Below are positions 20,792-29,862 of a stretch of DNA of 60,871 bases, piece after piece. A program made the translations under genes and the position numbers. Source of the stretch: an uncultured Syntrophales bacterium (GTDB lineage Bacteria > Desulfobacterota > Syntrophia > Syntrophales > JACQWR01). Within the stretch, counting starts at the first letter, position 1. Each line of letters opens with the position of its first letter. The notes below the pieces were generated by a model. That model saw only the letters and a program-made list of their open reading frames with translations, was not told the origin of the DNA and searched no databases. The stretch spans positions 1 to 60,871 of the forward strand of contig CAZTLA010000001.1 in NCBI GenBank assembly GCA_964614365.1, in the 5' to 3' direction.

Positions 20792-22330
20792 ATGGACCTG
20801 ATAGAGAATTTAAAGCAGAAGAAAAAGGCGATTGTTGACGGCGCCGCGGACGATGTAAAGAAAAAGCTTTTTTATGACAAAGGCATGCTCCCTCCCCGAG
20901 AAAGGATTGAGAAGCTTCTTGATCCGGGGACCTTTTTCGAACTTGATATGCTTGCCACCCACCATTACCGAGACTTTGGGATGGACAAGAAGGAACTCCC
21001 TGCTGAGGGCGTGATAACCGGTTTCGGCCAGATAAACCATCGAAACGTAGCGGTATATGCCCAGGATTTTTCGGCTCTGGGCGGGACTTACGGTGAGATG
21101 CACGGCAGAAAGATATGCGCGCTCATGGACACGGCGGCAGAGGCAGGAGCCCCGGTCATCGGGATCTGCCATTCAGGGGGCTTAAGGCTCCATGAGACCC
21201 TGGGGCCGATGGAGATGTTCGGCCAGCTCTTCAAAAGGAACAGCATTTACTCCGGCGTTGTCCCGCAAATATCCATCATTTTAGGGGTGGTAGCCGGCGG
21301 GCAGGCTTATTCGCCGGGGCTTACGGATTTTATCCTCATGACCAAATCCAGCGCCATCTTCATCGCCGGGCCCGCCTTTGTAAAAGCCCAGACAGGACGG
21401 GAGATCAGCGATGAGGAACTGGGCGGGGCGGTCATGCATGCCAAGGCGAGCGGGCTGGTGGATATTCTCAGAGACACGGAAGAAGATATCTTGCAGGAGG
21501 CCCGCAACCTCGTGGATTTTTTGCCTTTGAACTGCCGCGAAGCGGCCCCCTATCTTCCCAATGGGGATGACCCGGAGAGATGTGAAGAGGTCTTGGATAA
21601 AGTGGCCCCGGAGCAGTCACAAAAGCCTTTTGATATGCACAAGGTGATAAGGCCCGTTTTTGACAATCAGGGATTTTTTGAACTGAAAGCTGATTTTGCC
21701 AGGAACATGATTACCGGTTTTGCCCGCCTTTCCGGCCGCGTGGTCGGTGTTGTTGCCAATCAGTCTAATTACCTCGGAGGAGTGATTGACATCAAGGCCG
21801 CAGAAAAGGGGGCTCGTTTTGTGAGATTCTGTGATTGCTTCAATATTCCGATCATCACTTTTCAAGACTCCCCGGCTTACCTGATCGGCAAGGAGATGGA
21901 GGTAGGCGGAATGATTTACAAAGGCGCCAAGCTTCTTCATGCCTATGCCGAGGCCACTGTCCCGAAAATAACGGTAATTGTCAGGAAAGCTTATGCCGGC
22001 GCCTATATCGCCATGGGCAGCCAGTATATCGGGGCGGACCTGGTCTATGCCTGGCCGGGCGCCGAGATCTCCAGTGTGTCGCCGAAGACGGCAGCGAGCA
22101 TCCTGTTCAGGAAGGAAATAGCCGAGGCAAAGGGTGAAACGGAGATTGAAGCTCTTTATCAGCAGTACTATGCGAACTATGTCCAGCCCTTTAGAGCCGC
22201 ATCGCTGCGTCATATAAATGATATCATCGTACCCAGAGAAACCAGGCCGGTTTTGATAAAATCGCTCAAGATTCTTGAGGGAAAGAAGCAGATCAGGCCG
22301 GAAAGAAAGCATGGGAATATTCCGCTGTAA
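20792..22330 (+). CDS. Acyl-CoA carboxyltransferase (GcdA / methylmalonyl-CoA decarboxylase alpha / PccB-like)
   Basis: 512 aa with a two-domain carboxyl transferase. Contains GMLPPRERIEKLLDPGTFFE, VYAQDFSALGGTYGE, KAAEKGARFVRFCDCFNIPIITFQDSP and RKAYAGAYIAMG. Confidence 0.85.
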   Translation: MDLIENLKQKKKAIVDGAADDVKKKLFYDKGMLPPRERIEKLLDPGTFFELDMLATHHYRDFGMDKKELPAEGVITGFGQINHRNVAVYAQDFSALGGTYGEMHGRKICALMDTAAEAGAPVIGICHSGGLRLHETLGPMEMFGQLFKRNSIYSGVVPQISIILGVVAGGQAYSPGLTDFILMTKSSAIFIAGPAFVKAQTGREISDEELGGAVMHAKASGLVDILRDTEEDILQEARNLVDFLPLNCREAAPYLPNGDDPERCEEVLDKVAPEQSQKPFDMHKVIRPVFDNQGFFELKADFARNMITGFARLSGRVVGVVANQSNYLGGVIDIKAAEKGARFVRFCDCFNIPIITFQDSPAYLIGKEMEVGGMIYKGAKLLHAYAEATVPKITVIVRKAYAGAYIAMGSQYIGADLVYAWPGAEISSVSPKTAASILFRKEIAEAKGETEIEALYQQYYANYVQPFRAASLRHINDIIVPRETRPVLIKSLKILEGKKQIRPERKHGNIPL

Positions 22331-22352
22331 TTATCCCGTTTATCGGGGTTAG
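22331..22352 (+). repeat. 22-nt conserved box TTATCCCGTTTATCGGGGTTAG (copy B), 23 nt upstream of the acyl-CoA dehydrogenase start
   Basis: An identical 22-mer occurs at 29817-29838, and in inverted orientation at 31192-31213. It contains a CCCG-N5-CGGG mini-palindrome. Confidence 0.8.
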
Positions 22353-22375
22353 CATACAAAGAGGAGATATCGGCG

Positions 22376-23539
22376 ATGGATTTTAGCTTTAGTGATGAGA
22401 TTGCAGCCATCCGGGAGATGGCGCGCAAGTTCGCGCAAAATGAAATTCTGCCCCGAGTGGCCGAGGATGAGGAGAATCACGCCTTTCAAAAGGATCTTAT
22501 TAATAAAATGGGGGAATTAGGTTTTTTTGGCTGCCCTATTCCCGAAGAATACGGCGGTTCAAATCTGGGTTTTTTGGCCCATGCCGTGGTGACCGAGGAG
22601 ATTTCCAAGGTCAGCGGTTCGATCCGTGCCGGCTTCAATATGCAGACCATGGGGACTGCGAGAGAAATCTTTCAGTACGGAACCGCAGAGCAGAGGGAGA
22701 AATATATCCGCGGGCTGGTCAGCACCGAGTACCTGGGGTGCATCGGGATTACGGAAGCGAACGCCGGTTCGGATGTCGGAGCGATGAAGACCAAGGCAGT
22801 CAGGAAAGGCGATAGATATATCCTGAACGGATCCAAAAGCTGGATAACCTATGCCCAGGTGGCGGACATAGGGGTTATCTATGCCTACACTGACCCTGCA
22901 AAAAAATATAAAGGGATATCAGGGTTCATTGTGGACATGCATTCCAAAGGAGTCAGTTCCGGACCTACGGCCACAAAAATGGGGTGGAAGGCTTGCCCCA
23001 CTGGAGAGCTTTTTTTTGATGACGTTGATGTTCCTGCCGAAAACCTGTTAGGCGGCGTGGAGGAAAAAGGTTTTGAATGTGTCATGTCAGGGCTTAACAA
23101 CACCAGATTAACGGCTGCTGCCGGGGCCGTTGGCGTAAGCCAGGGACTGATCGACGAGGCGGTTAAATATGCCCGGGAACGAGAGCAGTTCGGCGCAGCC
23201 ATCGGGCAATTTCAGATGGTTCAGGAAGAGTTGGCCCGGATGATCGTGGAAACAGAGGCGGCCCGTTTGATGGTCTATCGGTGCGCTGCGCAAAAAGATG
23301 CCGGGAACCTGGGCAATGTTTTAGAGACGGTCATGGCCAAGTACTATTCATGCGACGTGGCGTCGAGGGTCGCGGATGGGGCGCTCAGGATCTTGGGGGC
23401 CTATGGTTATTCCAGTGAGTATCCGGTGGAAAGATTGTTCCGCGACGCAAAGCTCTACCAAATACTGGAAGGATCCGCCAATATCGGCAAGATGATCATT
23501 GCCACCGATGCCCTTGGATACCGGAAAGCCAACCGATGA
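22376..23539 (+). CDS. Acyl-CoA dehydrogenase (short-chain or glutaryl-CoA dehydrogenase-like)
   Basis: 387 aa. Contains GITEANAGSDVGAMKTKA, ERLFRDAKLYQILEGSANI (catalytic Glu in the EG motif), and a typical ACAD N-terminus. Confidence 0.85.
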   Translation: MDFSFSDEIAAIREMARKFAQNEILPRVAEDEENHAFQKDLINKMGELGFFGCPIPEEYGGSNLGFLAHAVVTEEISKVSGSIRAGFNMQTMGTAREIFQYGTAEQREKYIRGLVSTEYLGCIGITEANAGSDVGAMKTKAVRKGDRYILNGSKSWITYAQVADIGVIYAYTDPAKKYKGISGFIVDMHSKGVSSGPTATKMGWKACPTGELFFDDVDVPAENLLGGVEEKGFECVMSGLNNTRLTAAAGAVGVSQGLIDEAVKYAREREQFGAAIGQFQMVQEELARMIVETEAARLMVYRCAAQKDAGNLGNVLETVMAKYYSCDVASRVADGALRILGAYGYSSEYPVERLFRDAKLYQILEGSANIGKMIIATDALGYRKANR

Positions 23540-24753
23540 GCGATAGCCGGCAAAGCGTCTTTCCGCTTGAGGGGATCAGGGTGCTGGATCTTACCAGGCT
23601 CATTCCCGGCGCCTTTTGTACGGCTATTCTCGGAGATGCCGGAGCCGAGATCATTAAAGTGGAGGATACGGAGACAGGCGATTACGAGCGCGAGATACAC
23701 CCTTTTATTGGATCAATGGCCTCCCGCTTTCTTATCTTAAATCGTAATAAAAAGAGCATTTCTTTGAATTTGAAAAAAAAAGCGGGGAAGCAGATCTTTC
23801 TGAAATTGGCGCAGTCAGCCGACGTTATCGTGGAAGGATTTCGCCCTGGGGCAATGAAAAAACTGGGGCTGGATTATGAATCGCTCCGGGAAATCAATCA
23901 GAGGCTTGTCTATTGCTCCATATCCAGTTTTGGTCAGGATGGGCCATACAGAGATGTGGTGGCCCATGATATTAATATCTTGGGCCTGGCCGGTTTTTTT
24001 CATGTCACGGGAGTCAAGGGAGGCGCGCCGGTTATTCCCGGCATCCAGATCGCAGATTCCGTGGCCGGGATGAACGCGGCGCTGGCAATCCTTTTTGCCA
24101 TTATGGCCAGGGAAAAGACCGGAAAGGGGCAATTGTTAGACATCTCCATGTTTGATGGGGTTATCTCGTGGATGTTCGATGCGGCAAGATCCGCATTTGC
24201 CGGAGAGAGTATCCCCGAAAAAGGGAATGGCAGGTTATACGGAGGCCTTCCCAATTACAATCTTTACGAGACGAAGGACGGCAAGCATGTTGCTGTTGGC
24301 TCATTGGAGACGAAGTTCAAGAACGCATTGCTGAAGAAACTCGGAAGGGATGATCTCATCGAAGAAGAAGGAGGGAGAACTACCCCGGACATCAGGGAAT
24401 CAGACGTGGAGTTGCATGCTATTTTCCGTCAGGCTTTTTTGACCAAGACGAGAAATGAATGGATGGAAGAGCTGGGCGAATTGAATATTTGCGTAAGTCC
24501 GGTAAACACCATGGAAGAGGCAATCTCCCACCCTCAGGCAGCTTATCGTAAGATGGTGATGGGTGTAGACCATCCATCTGCCGGAAGAATAAAACAGATC
24601 GGGTCCCCGTTGAAAATGTCAACTATTTCATTTGATGTAAGTCGGCTGCCGGCGCCAAGACTCGGAGAGCATACCCGAGAGATGCTGGGCTCTTTAGGAT
24701 ATGACGGGGGTGAGATTGACGAATTGGCAAGAGAGGATATTATCCGGGTATAA
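23536..24753 (+). CDS. Family III CoA-transferase (CaiB/BaiF/Frc type)
   Basis: Contains GIRVLDLTRLIPGAFCTAILGDAGAEIIKVE, VIVEGFRPGAMKKLGLDYE and NYNLYETKDG. Confidence 0.88.
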   Translation: MSDSRQSVFPLEGIRVLDLTRLIPGAFCTAILGDAGAEIIKVEDTETGDYEREIHPFIGSMASRFLILNRNKKSISLNLKKKAGKQIFLKLAQSADVIVEGFRPGAMKKLGLDYESLREINQRLVYCSISSFGQDGPYRDVVAHDINILGLAGFFHVTGVKGGAPVIPGIQIADSVAGMNAALAILFAIMAREKTGKGQLLDISMFDGVISWMFDAARSAFAGESIPEKGNGRLYGGLPNYNLYETKDGKHVAVGSLETKFKNALLKKLGRDDLIEEEGGRTTPDIRESDVELHAIFRQAFLTKTRNEWMEELGELNICVSPVNTMEEAISHPQAAYRKMVMGVDHPSAGRIKQIGSPLKMSTISFDVSRLPAPRLGEHTREMLGSLGYDGGEIDELAREDIIRV

Positions 24754-24771
24754 CGGCAGAGGGTGCGTACA

Positions 24772-25650
24772 ATGATGAAAATAACGAAAGATTTGGAAGT
24801 GAAAATTATTGGTGTTGGCAAGGTGGGCGGCAGCATCGTTCAGGCCTTTGCCCAATCAGGATTCAAAATCCAGGGAATGGATATCGATCAAGGAAATATC
24901 GACAAGGGCTTTAAAAGTATTGAACAGAATCTGGAGAGATTGATTGCCAAGGGGAAAATACAGGCCGAGGAAAAGGATGTAGTGCTTTCCCGGATTGACC
25001 TGACAACAGATTTTGACGGGCTGAGGAAGGCCGATATAGTGATAGAAGCGGTCTTTGAAAATATGGACGTTAAGAAGGAGACTTTTCGAAAGATTGATAA
25101 AATGGTGGGGTCTCAAGATGCTCTTCTTTTGACGAACACATCCTCTCTCTCTGTATCAGAGATAGCCTCTGTAACCAGCCGGCCGGAAAAGGTGGCCGGG
25201 ATGCACTTTTTTAACCCTGTGCCAGTGATGAAGCTTGTGGAAGTGGTCCGGGGAGCCTTGTCTTCAGACGAGACAGTCGAACAGGTAAAAGCCCTCGCGA
25301 TATTGATGAATAAAACCCCGATCGTTTCCGCCGACAGTCCGGGATTCATCGTAAACCGCATGTTGAACGCATTGACCGTAGAGGCCGCGCGTATTGTGGA
25401 GGAAGGCGTCGGTACGGTGGAAGATGTGGATACAGGGGCCAAGCTGGGCTTGGGGCATCCCATGGGACCGTTTGCGCTTTTCGACTACCTCAGTGCCATA
25501 CATTTACTTCAACACGTTACCGATTATATGGCTGTGGAGTTAGGGGAAAGATTCCGTTTGCCTGTCTGGGTGAAGAACCTGGTGCGGGCCGGCAAGGTGG
25601 GCCGAGCCGCCGGAAGAGGATTCTACGACTATAGGGAGAAAGGGAAATAA
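24772..25650 (+). CDS. 3-hydroxyacyl-CoA dehydrogenase, NAD-binding
   Basis: Rossmann IGVGKVGGSI, then ...EAVFENMDVKKE, TNTSSLS, HFFNPVP and PGFIVNR. Start alternatives are GTG 24763, ATG 24772 and ATG 24775. Confidence 0.85.
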   Translation: MMKITKDLEVKIIGVGKVGGSIVQAFAQSGFKIQGMDIDQGNIDKGFKSIEQNLERLIAKGKIQAEEKDVVLSRIDLTTDFDGLRKADIVIEAVFENMDVKKETFRKIDKMVGSQDALLLTNTSSLSVSEIASVTSRPEKVAGMHFFNPVPVMKLVEVVRGALSSDETVEQVKALAILMNKTPIVSADSPGFIVNRMLNALTVEAARIVEEGVGTVEDVDTGAKLGLGHPMGPFALFDYLSAIHLLQHVTDYMAVELGERFRLPVWVKNLVRAGKVGRAAGRGFYDYREKGK

Positions 25651-25653
25651 GAA

Positions 25654-26436
25654 TTGCGAGAAAGCGAAATCATTTTCACGAAAGAAAAAGGAATTGCCAC
25701 GATTGTCTTTAACCGGCTCGATGTTCACAATGCTTTGAATAACGCCATGGTCAAAGGACTCGCCAACGCTCTGGATGATATTGAGAATGATGCGGGGATC
25801 AGAGCCCTTATTCTTACCGGCGCCGGTGAGAAAGCATTTGTCTCCGGATCAGACATCAGGGAACTCAGCGAGAGGACCTCTCTTACGGGTATTGAAAATT
25901 CGCTGAAAAGGCAGGAGTTGCTCAATCGAATTGAGGGGCTGCCAATACCTTCCATAGCGGCGATTAACGGTTATGCCTTTGGAGTGGGCTGCGAAATCGC
26001 TTTGGCCTGTACGGTCAGGATTGCCTCAGAGAACGCAAGATTAGGGCAATTAGAGATCAATCTCGGAATCATCCCGGGTGCAGGCGGCACCCAGAGACTT
26101 CCTCGGCTGATTGGCAAGGCCGGCGCGGCGGAGCTTATTCTGACGGGTAAAATCATTCAGGCTGAGGAGGCCTGCCGGATGGGGCTTGTCAACAAAGTGG
26201 TCCCCCATGAAAAGTTGAGGGAGGAATGCCTTCAGTGGGCCGGGACTTTCTCTGAAAAAAGCCCCATCGCCATGAAATATGCGCTTCGGGCAATCAACCA
26301 AGGTCTTGAGGTTGATTTAGCATCAGGATTGAAGATTGAGAGCCTGTGCCTGGGAGCATGTCTTGGTTCGGAAGACAGTAAGGAAGGGCTGAATGCCTTT
26401 TTAGAAAAAAGAAAACCAAAATTTAAAGGTTTATAA
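25654..26436 (+). CDS. Enoyl-CoA hydratase (crotonase family)
   Basis: Contains FNRLDVHNAL, FVSGSDIRE, INGYAFGVGCEIALAC and a C-terminal EGLNAFLEKRKPKF. The start is TTG. Confidence 0.88.
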   Translation: MRESEIIFTKEKGIATIVFNRLDVHNALNNAMVKGLANALDDIENDAGIRALILTGAGEKAFVSGSDIRELSERTSLTGIENSLKRQELLNRIEGLPIPSIAAINGYAFGVGCEIALACTVRIASENARLGQLEINLGIIPGAGGTQRLPRLIGKAGAAELILTGKIIQAEEACRMGLVNKVVPHEKLREECLQWAGTFSEKSPIAMKYALRAINQGLEVDLASGLKIESLCLGACLGSEDSKEGLNAFLEKRKPKFKGL

Positions 26437-26468
26437 TCTATTATATAACTCAGCATGAGGAGGGCGAA

Positions 26469-27335
26469 ATGGCAATTAATAAGGTTTTGGTCGTTGGCTT
26501 AGGACTGATGGGAAGGGGAATTCTTCAGGTTTGCGCCCAAGCGGGATTCGAATCATACGGCTACGATGTTTCTGAAGATGCCGTGAAAAATGCCACGGGT
26601 TATATCGGAAAAAGCCTGGAGAAAAGAGTCAAAAAAGGAACCCTGAGCGAAGAAGAGAAGGCCAAGATCTTGGCGAATATTAAGACCGTTTCGGATCTAA
26701 AGGATGCCACGGACGTGGATCTGGCCATAGAGGCGGTTTTTGAGGATCTCAAAGTAAAACAGGATCTGTTCAGGAAGTTGGATGAGGTCTTGCAGCCCAA
26801 CGCAATTTTGGCGTCAAATACCTCCGGGTTGCCGGCAACGCCACTGGCTTCCGTTACGAAGAGGCCGGACAAGTTCATGATTATCCACTTTCATCAGCCG
26901 CCTACGGTTATGAGACTTATAGAATTAGTAAAGGCGATCCAGACCAGCGATGAGACCGCTGCCGCTGCGATGGAATTCTGCAAGGCAATTGACAAAGATC
27001 CGATTCAAATCAATGTTGACTGCCCTGGATTCTTGACGAACAGAACCATGATCCCGTTGTTAAATGAAGTGATTTATTGTCTCTATGAGGGGGTATCTAC
27101 CAAAGAAGATATTGATCTGGCCTACAAATCAGGTTTTAATTGGCCTATGGGCCCGGTCACCTTGTGTGATTTCATCGGGCTGGATACTCTTCTTCATATC
27201 ATGGAGGACTTGCACAAACGGCGCGGGGGGGACAAATATATACCCTGTCCGCTTCTGAGCAATATGGTAGCTGCCGGGTATTTGGGTCACAAATCCGGCA
27301 AGGGGTTTTACGATTACTCCAAACTTAAAGGTTAA
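26469..27335 (+). CDS. 3-hydroxybutyryl-CoA dehydrogenase-like
   Basis: Contains VVGLGLMGRGI, EAVFEDLKVKQ, SNTSGL, HFHQPP, PGFLTNR and a C-terminal GHKSGKGFYDY. Confidence 0.88.
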   Translation: MAINKVLVVGLGLMGRGILQVCAQAGFESYGYDVSEDAVKNATGYIGKSLEKRVKKGTLSEEEKAKILANIKTVSDLKDATDVDLAIEAVFEDLKVKQDLFRKLDEVLQPNAILASNTSGLPATPLASVTKRPDKFMIIHFHQPPTVMRLIELVKAIQTSDETAAAAMEFCKAIDKDPIQINVDCPGFLTNRTMIPLLNEVIYCLYEGVSTKEDIDLAYKSGFNWPMGPVTLCDFIGLDTLLHIMEDLHKRRGGDKYIPCPLLSNMVAAGYLGHKSGKGFYDYSKLKG

Positions 27336-27351
27336 GCAAAGGAGTATGGTC

Positions 27352-28530
27352 ATGGAGGAGGTGGTCATCTGCAGTGCGGTGAGGACACCCATCGGTAATT
27401 TTCTGGGACAGCTTTCCCGTTTCAGCGCCGTGGACTTGGGCGCCATGGTCATCAACGAAGCAATCAACAGGGCAGGCATTGCCAAGCAAGATATTGATGA
27501 GGTCATCATGGGAAATGTACTTCCCTGCGGCCTCGGTCAGAATCCCTGTCGACAGGCAATGATCAAAGCCGGTGACATAAGCTTTGATGTGGGAGCGCTA
27601 ACCATCAACAAGGTTTGTGGATCCGGTCTTAAGGCCGTGATGCTCCTTACCCAAGCCATTCAGACAGGGGATGCCGAGGCGGGCGTGGCCGGCGGCATGG
27701 AATCCATGAGCCAGGCGCCCTATTATCTCGACAGGGCGAGATCAGGCTATCGAATGGGTAACGGGAATATTGTTGATCATATGGTTCACGATGGGCTGTG
27801 GGATGTAGTAAACGACTGCCACATGGGCTATACGGCTGAACTGGTTTCTGAAAAATATGGAATTTCCAGGGAGGATATGGACAGATGGGCGTATGAGTCC
27901 AATACCAAGGCGCTGGACTCGATAAAGACCGGGAAATTCAAAGAGGAAATACTGCCTGTTTCAGTTCCTCAAAGAAAGGCAGATCCGATTCTGATAGATA
28001 AGGATGAAGGCCCCGGTATTCCTGATCTGGTGAAAATGGCCAAGCTCCAGCCGGCCTTCAAGAAAGACGGTGTAGTAACGGCTGGGAACGCTTCCAAGAT
28101 CAGTGACGGTGCATCGGCCCTGGTGGTCATGTCGGAGAAAAAGGCCGGGAAATTAGGGGCGCCGATTATCGCTAAGGTGATTGCTCAAGCCTCTGCCGGT
28201 TTAGGCTTAGAACAGGTGCTCATGTCGCCCATTAAGGCGATTCCTCAAGTCCTGAAAAAAGCAGCCCTGAAAATAGAGGATATTGACTTGTTCGAGATCA
28301 ATGAAGCATTCGCTGCTTCCACGGTGGGGGTTATCAGAGAGCTGGGAATAAATCCTTCAAACGTGAACGTCCACGGCGGAGCAGTTGCCTTGGGACATCC
28401 CATCGGGGCAAGCGGAGCCAGGGTCCTTACCACGCTGCTTTACGCCATGAAACAGCGAGATGCCAAAAGAGGTCTTGCCACACTCTGCCTGGGGGGCGGT
28501 GAGGCGGTAGCCCTGGTCGTGGAGATGTAA
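27352..28530 (+). CDS. Acetyl-CoA acetyltransferase (thiolase II-like)
   Basis: Contains VICSAVRTPIG, INKVCGSGLKAV, NVHGGAVALGHPIGASGAR and CLGGGEAVA. I preferred the ATG at 27352 because its SD (AAGGAG) spacing is better. ATG 27346 is the alternative. Confidence 0.9.
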   Translation: MEEVVICSAVRTPIGNFLGQLSRFSAVDLGAMVINEAINRAGIAKQDIDEVIMGNVLPCGLGQNPCRQAMIKAGDISFDVGALTINKVCGSGLKAVMLLTQAIQTGDAEAGVAGGMESMSQAPYYLDRARSGYRMGNGNIVDHMVHDGLWDVVNDCHMGYTAELVSEKYGISREDMDRWAYESNTKALDSIKTGKFKEEILPVSVPQRKADPILIDKDEGPGIPDLVKMAKLQPAFKKDGVVTAGNASKISDGASALVVMSEKKAGKLGAPIIAKVIAQASAGLGLEQVLMSPIKAIPQVLKKAALKIEDIDLFEINEAFAASTVGVIRELGINPSNVNVHGGAVALGHPIGASGARVLTTLLYAMKQRDAKRGLATLCLGGGEAVALVVEM

Positions 28531-28594
28531 TGAATATAGTGTTGCGTTGCAATTGAAGATATTGAAAGCAATGTATAGAAAGGGGATCACCTGA

Positions 28595-29758
28595 ATGGTT
28601 AGTAAGAAGAAATCACTTGAAACCTTCGCAACGATCGAAAGGATCAATCAACAGCTCCCGGGTATCGACGAGATCAGGGAATGGAAAGCCCGAGGAGGGA
28701 AGGTGGTGGGGTGGTTGTGCGATTATGTTCCCGAGGAATTGATTCATGCGGCAGGGTTGCTGCCGGTCCGGGTGACCGGGCTTCCGAAAGAAATATCATT
28801 AGATGACGCCAACGCCTATCTTTACACCACAACCTGTTCCTTTGTCCGAACCGTTTTTCAACTCGCCTTTGAGAAGAAGTATGATTTTCTGGATGGGTTT
28901 GTGGTGGCCTCCAACTGCGATCACGCACGGAGATTATTTGACGTTTGGGACCGGTACATTCCCACACCGTATCGGTATATCCTCTCCGTGCCTCAAACAA
29001 AATTGCCCCAGGCGCAAAAATTTTATGAGCGAGAACTGGAGGATTTTAAAAAGAGCCTGGAAGCCCATTTTAAAGTCAGCATCCCCGAGGCCAAGATCGG
29101 GGAGTCGATCAAACTTTTTAATCAAACCCGCAGAGGTCTCCGCACATTGAACGAGCTGAGAAAACAGGATTCTCCCAAGATCATGGGGGCTGAGGTCTCC
29201 AAGATCATGAACGCCTGCGAAAAACTGCCTAAAGAGCAGTTTAATCCCCTGCTCGAATCGATTCTTCAGGAGTTGAAAAAGACCGACCGGGAGAACAAGA
29301 CCAACATCCGCCTGATGGTCTCCGGGAGTGTCCTCAATAATCCAAATTATATCGAGTTTATAGAAGATCAGGGGTGCAGTGTGGTCATCGACGATCTTTG
29401 CACCGGGGTCCGTTACTGGTGGGATGAGGTCCCGGAAGATAAACCGCCGATGGAGGCCTTGTCTCATCGTTATCTGACCCGGTTCCCCTGCGCCAGGATG
29501 ACCCCCGGGGAAGATCGCTTTAAACAGGTGGCGGCGCTGGCTAAAGAATACCGGGTGGATGGAGTTATTCAGGAGATGGTGCGCTACTGTACGCCTACCG
29601 CCTGGGAAAGACCGTGGCTTCGAAAGGGCATTGAAGATGAGAATATTCCGGTATTGCAGTTGGAAATAATATATGGAGCGGCCGGGACGGGGCAATTGAA
29701 GATCAGAATCCAGGCCTTCATCGAGATGCTGGGGATGCAGTCAGAAGAGTTTTTTTAG
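28595..29758 (+). CDS. Benzoyl-CoA reductase (class I) / 2-hydroxyacyl-CoA dehydratase family subunit, BzdN/BcrC-like
   Basis: 387 aa. Contains GGKVVGWLCDYVPEELIHAAGLLPVRV, FVVASNCDHARR and DDLCTGVRYW, as in BcrC/BadD/HgdB-type subunits. Confidence 0.8.
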   Translation: MVSKKKSLETFATIERINQQLPGIDEIREWKARGGKVVGWLCDYVPEELIHAAGLLPVRVTGLPKEISLDDANAYLYTTTCSFVRTVFQLAFEKKYDFLDGFVVASNCDHARRLFDVWDRYIPTPYRYILSVPQTKLPQAQKFYERELEDFKKSLEAHFKVSIPEAKIGESIKLFNQTRRGLRTLNELRKQDSPKIMGAEVSKIMNACEKLPKEQFNPLLESILQELKKTDRENKTNIRLMVSGSVLNNPNYIEFIEDQGCSVVIDDLCTGVRYWWDEVPEDKPPMEALSHRYLTRFPCARMTPGEDRFKQVAALAKEYRVDGVIQEMVRYCTPTAWERPWLRKGIEDENIPVLQLEIIYGAAGTGQLKIRIQAFIEMLGMQSEEFF

Positions 29759-29760
29759 TA

Positions 29761-29838
29761 AGTTAGAAATTATGGTTCTTTCGTGTTTCCGGCAAGAAAT
29801 AATTTCGTAAACTTACTTATCCCGTTTATCGGGGTTAG
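29761..29838 (+). repeat. ~78-nt intergenic repeat, copy A: imperfect AT-rich hairpin plus the 22-nt box
   Basis: AGTTAGAAATTAT...CCGGCAAGAAATAATTTCGTAAACTTACTTATCCCGTTTATCGGGGTTAG. By eye it is about 85% identical to the reverse complement of 31192-31267. The box ends 24 nt before the ATG at 29863. Confidence 0.8.
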
Positions 29839-29862
29839 TATAAGATTCCGGGGAGATAGGAC

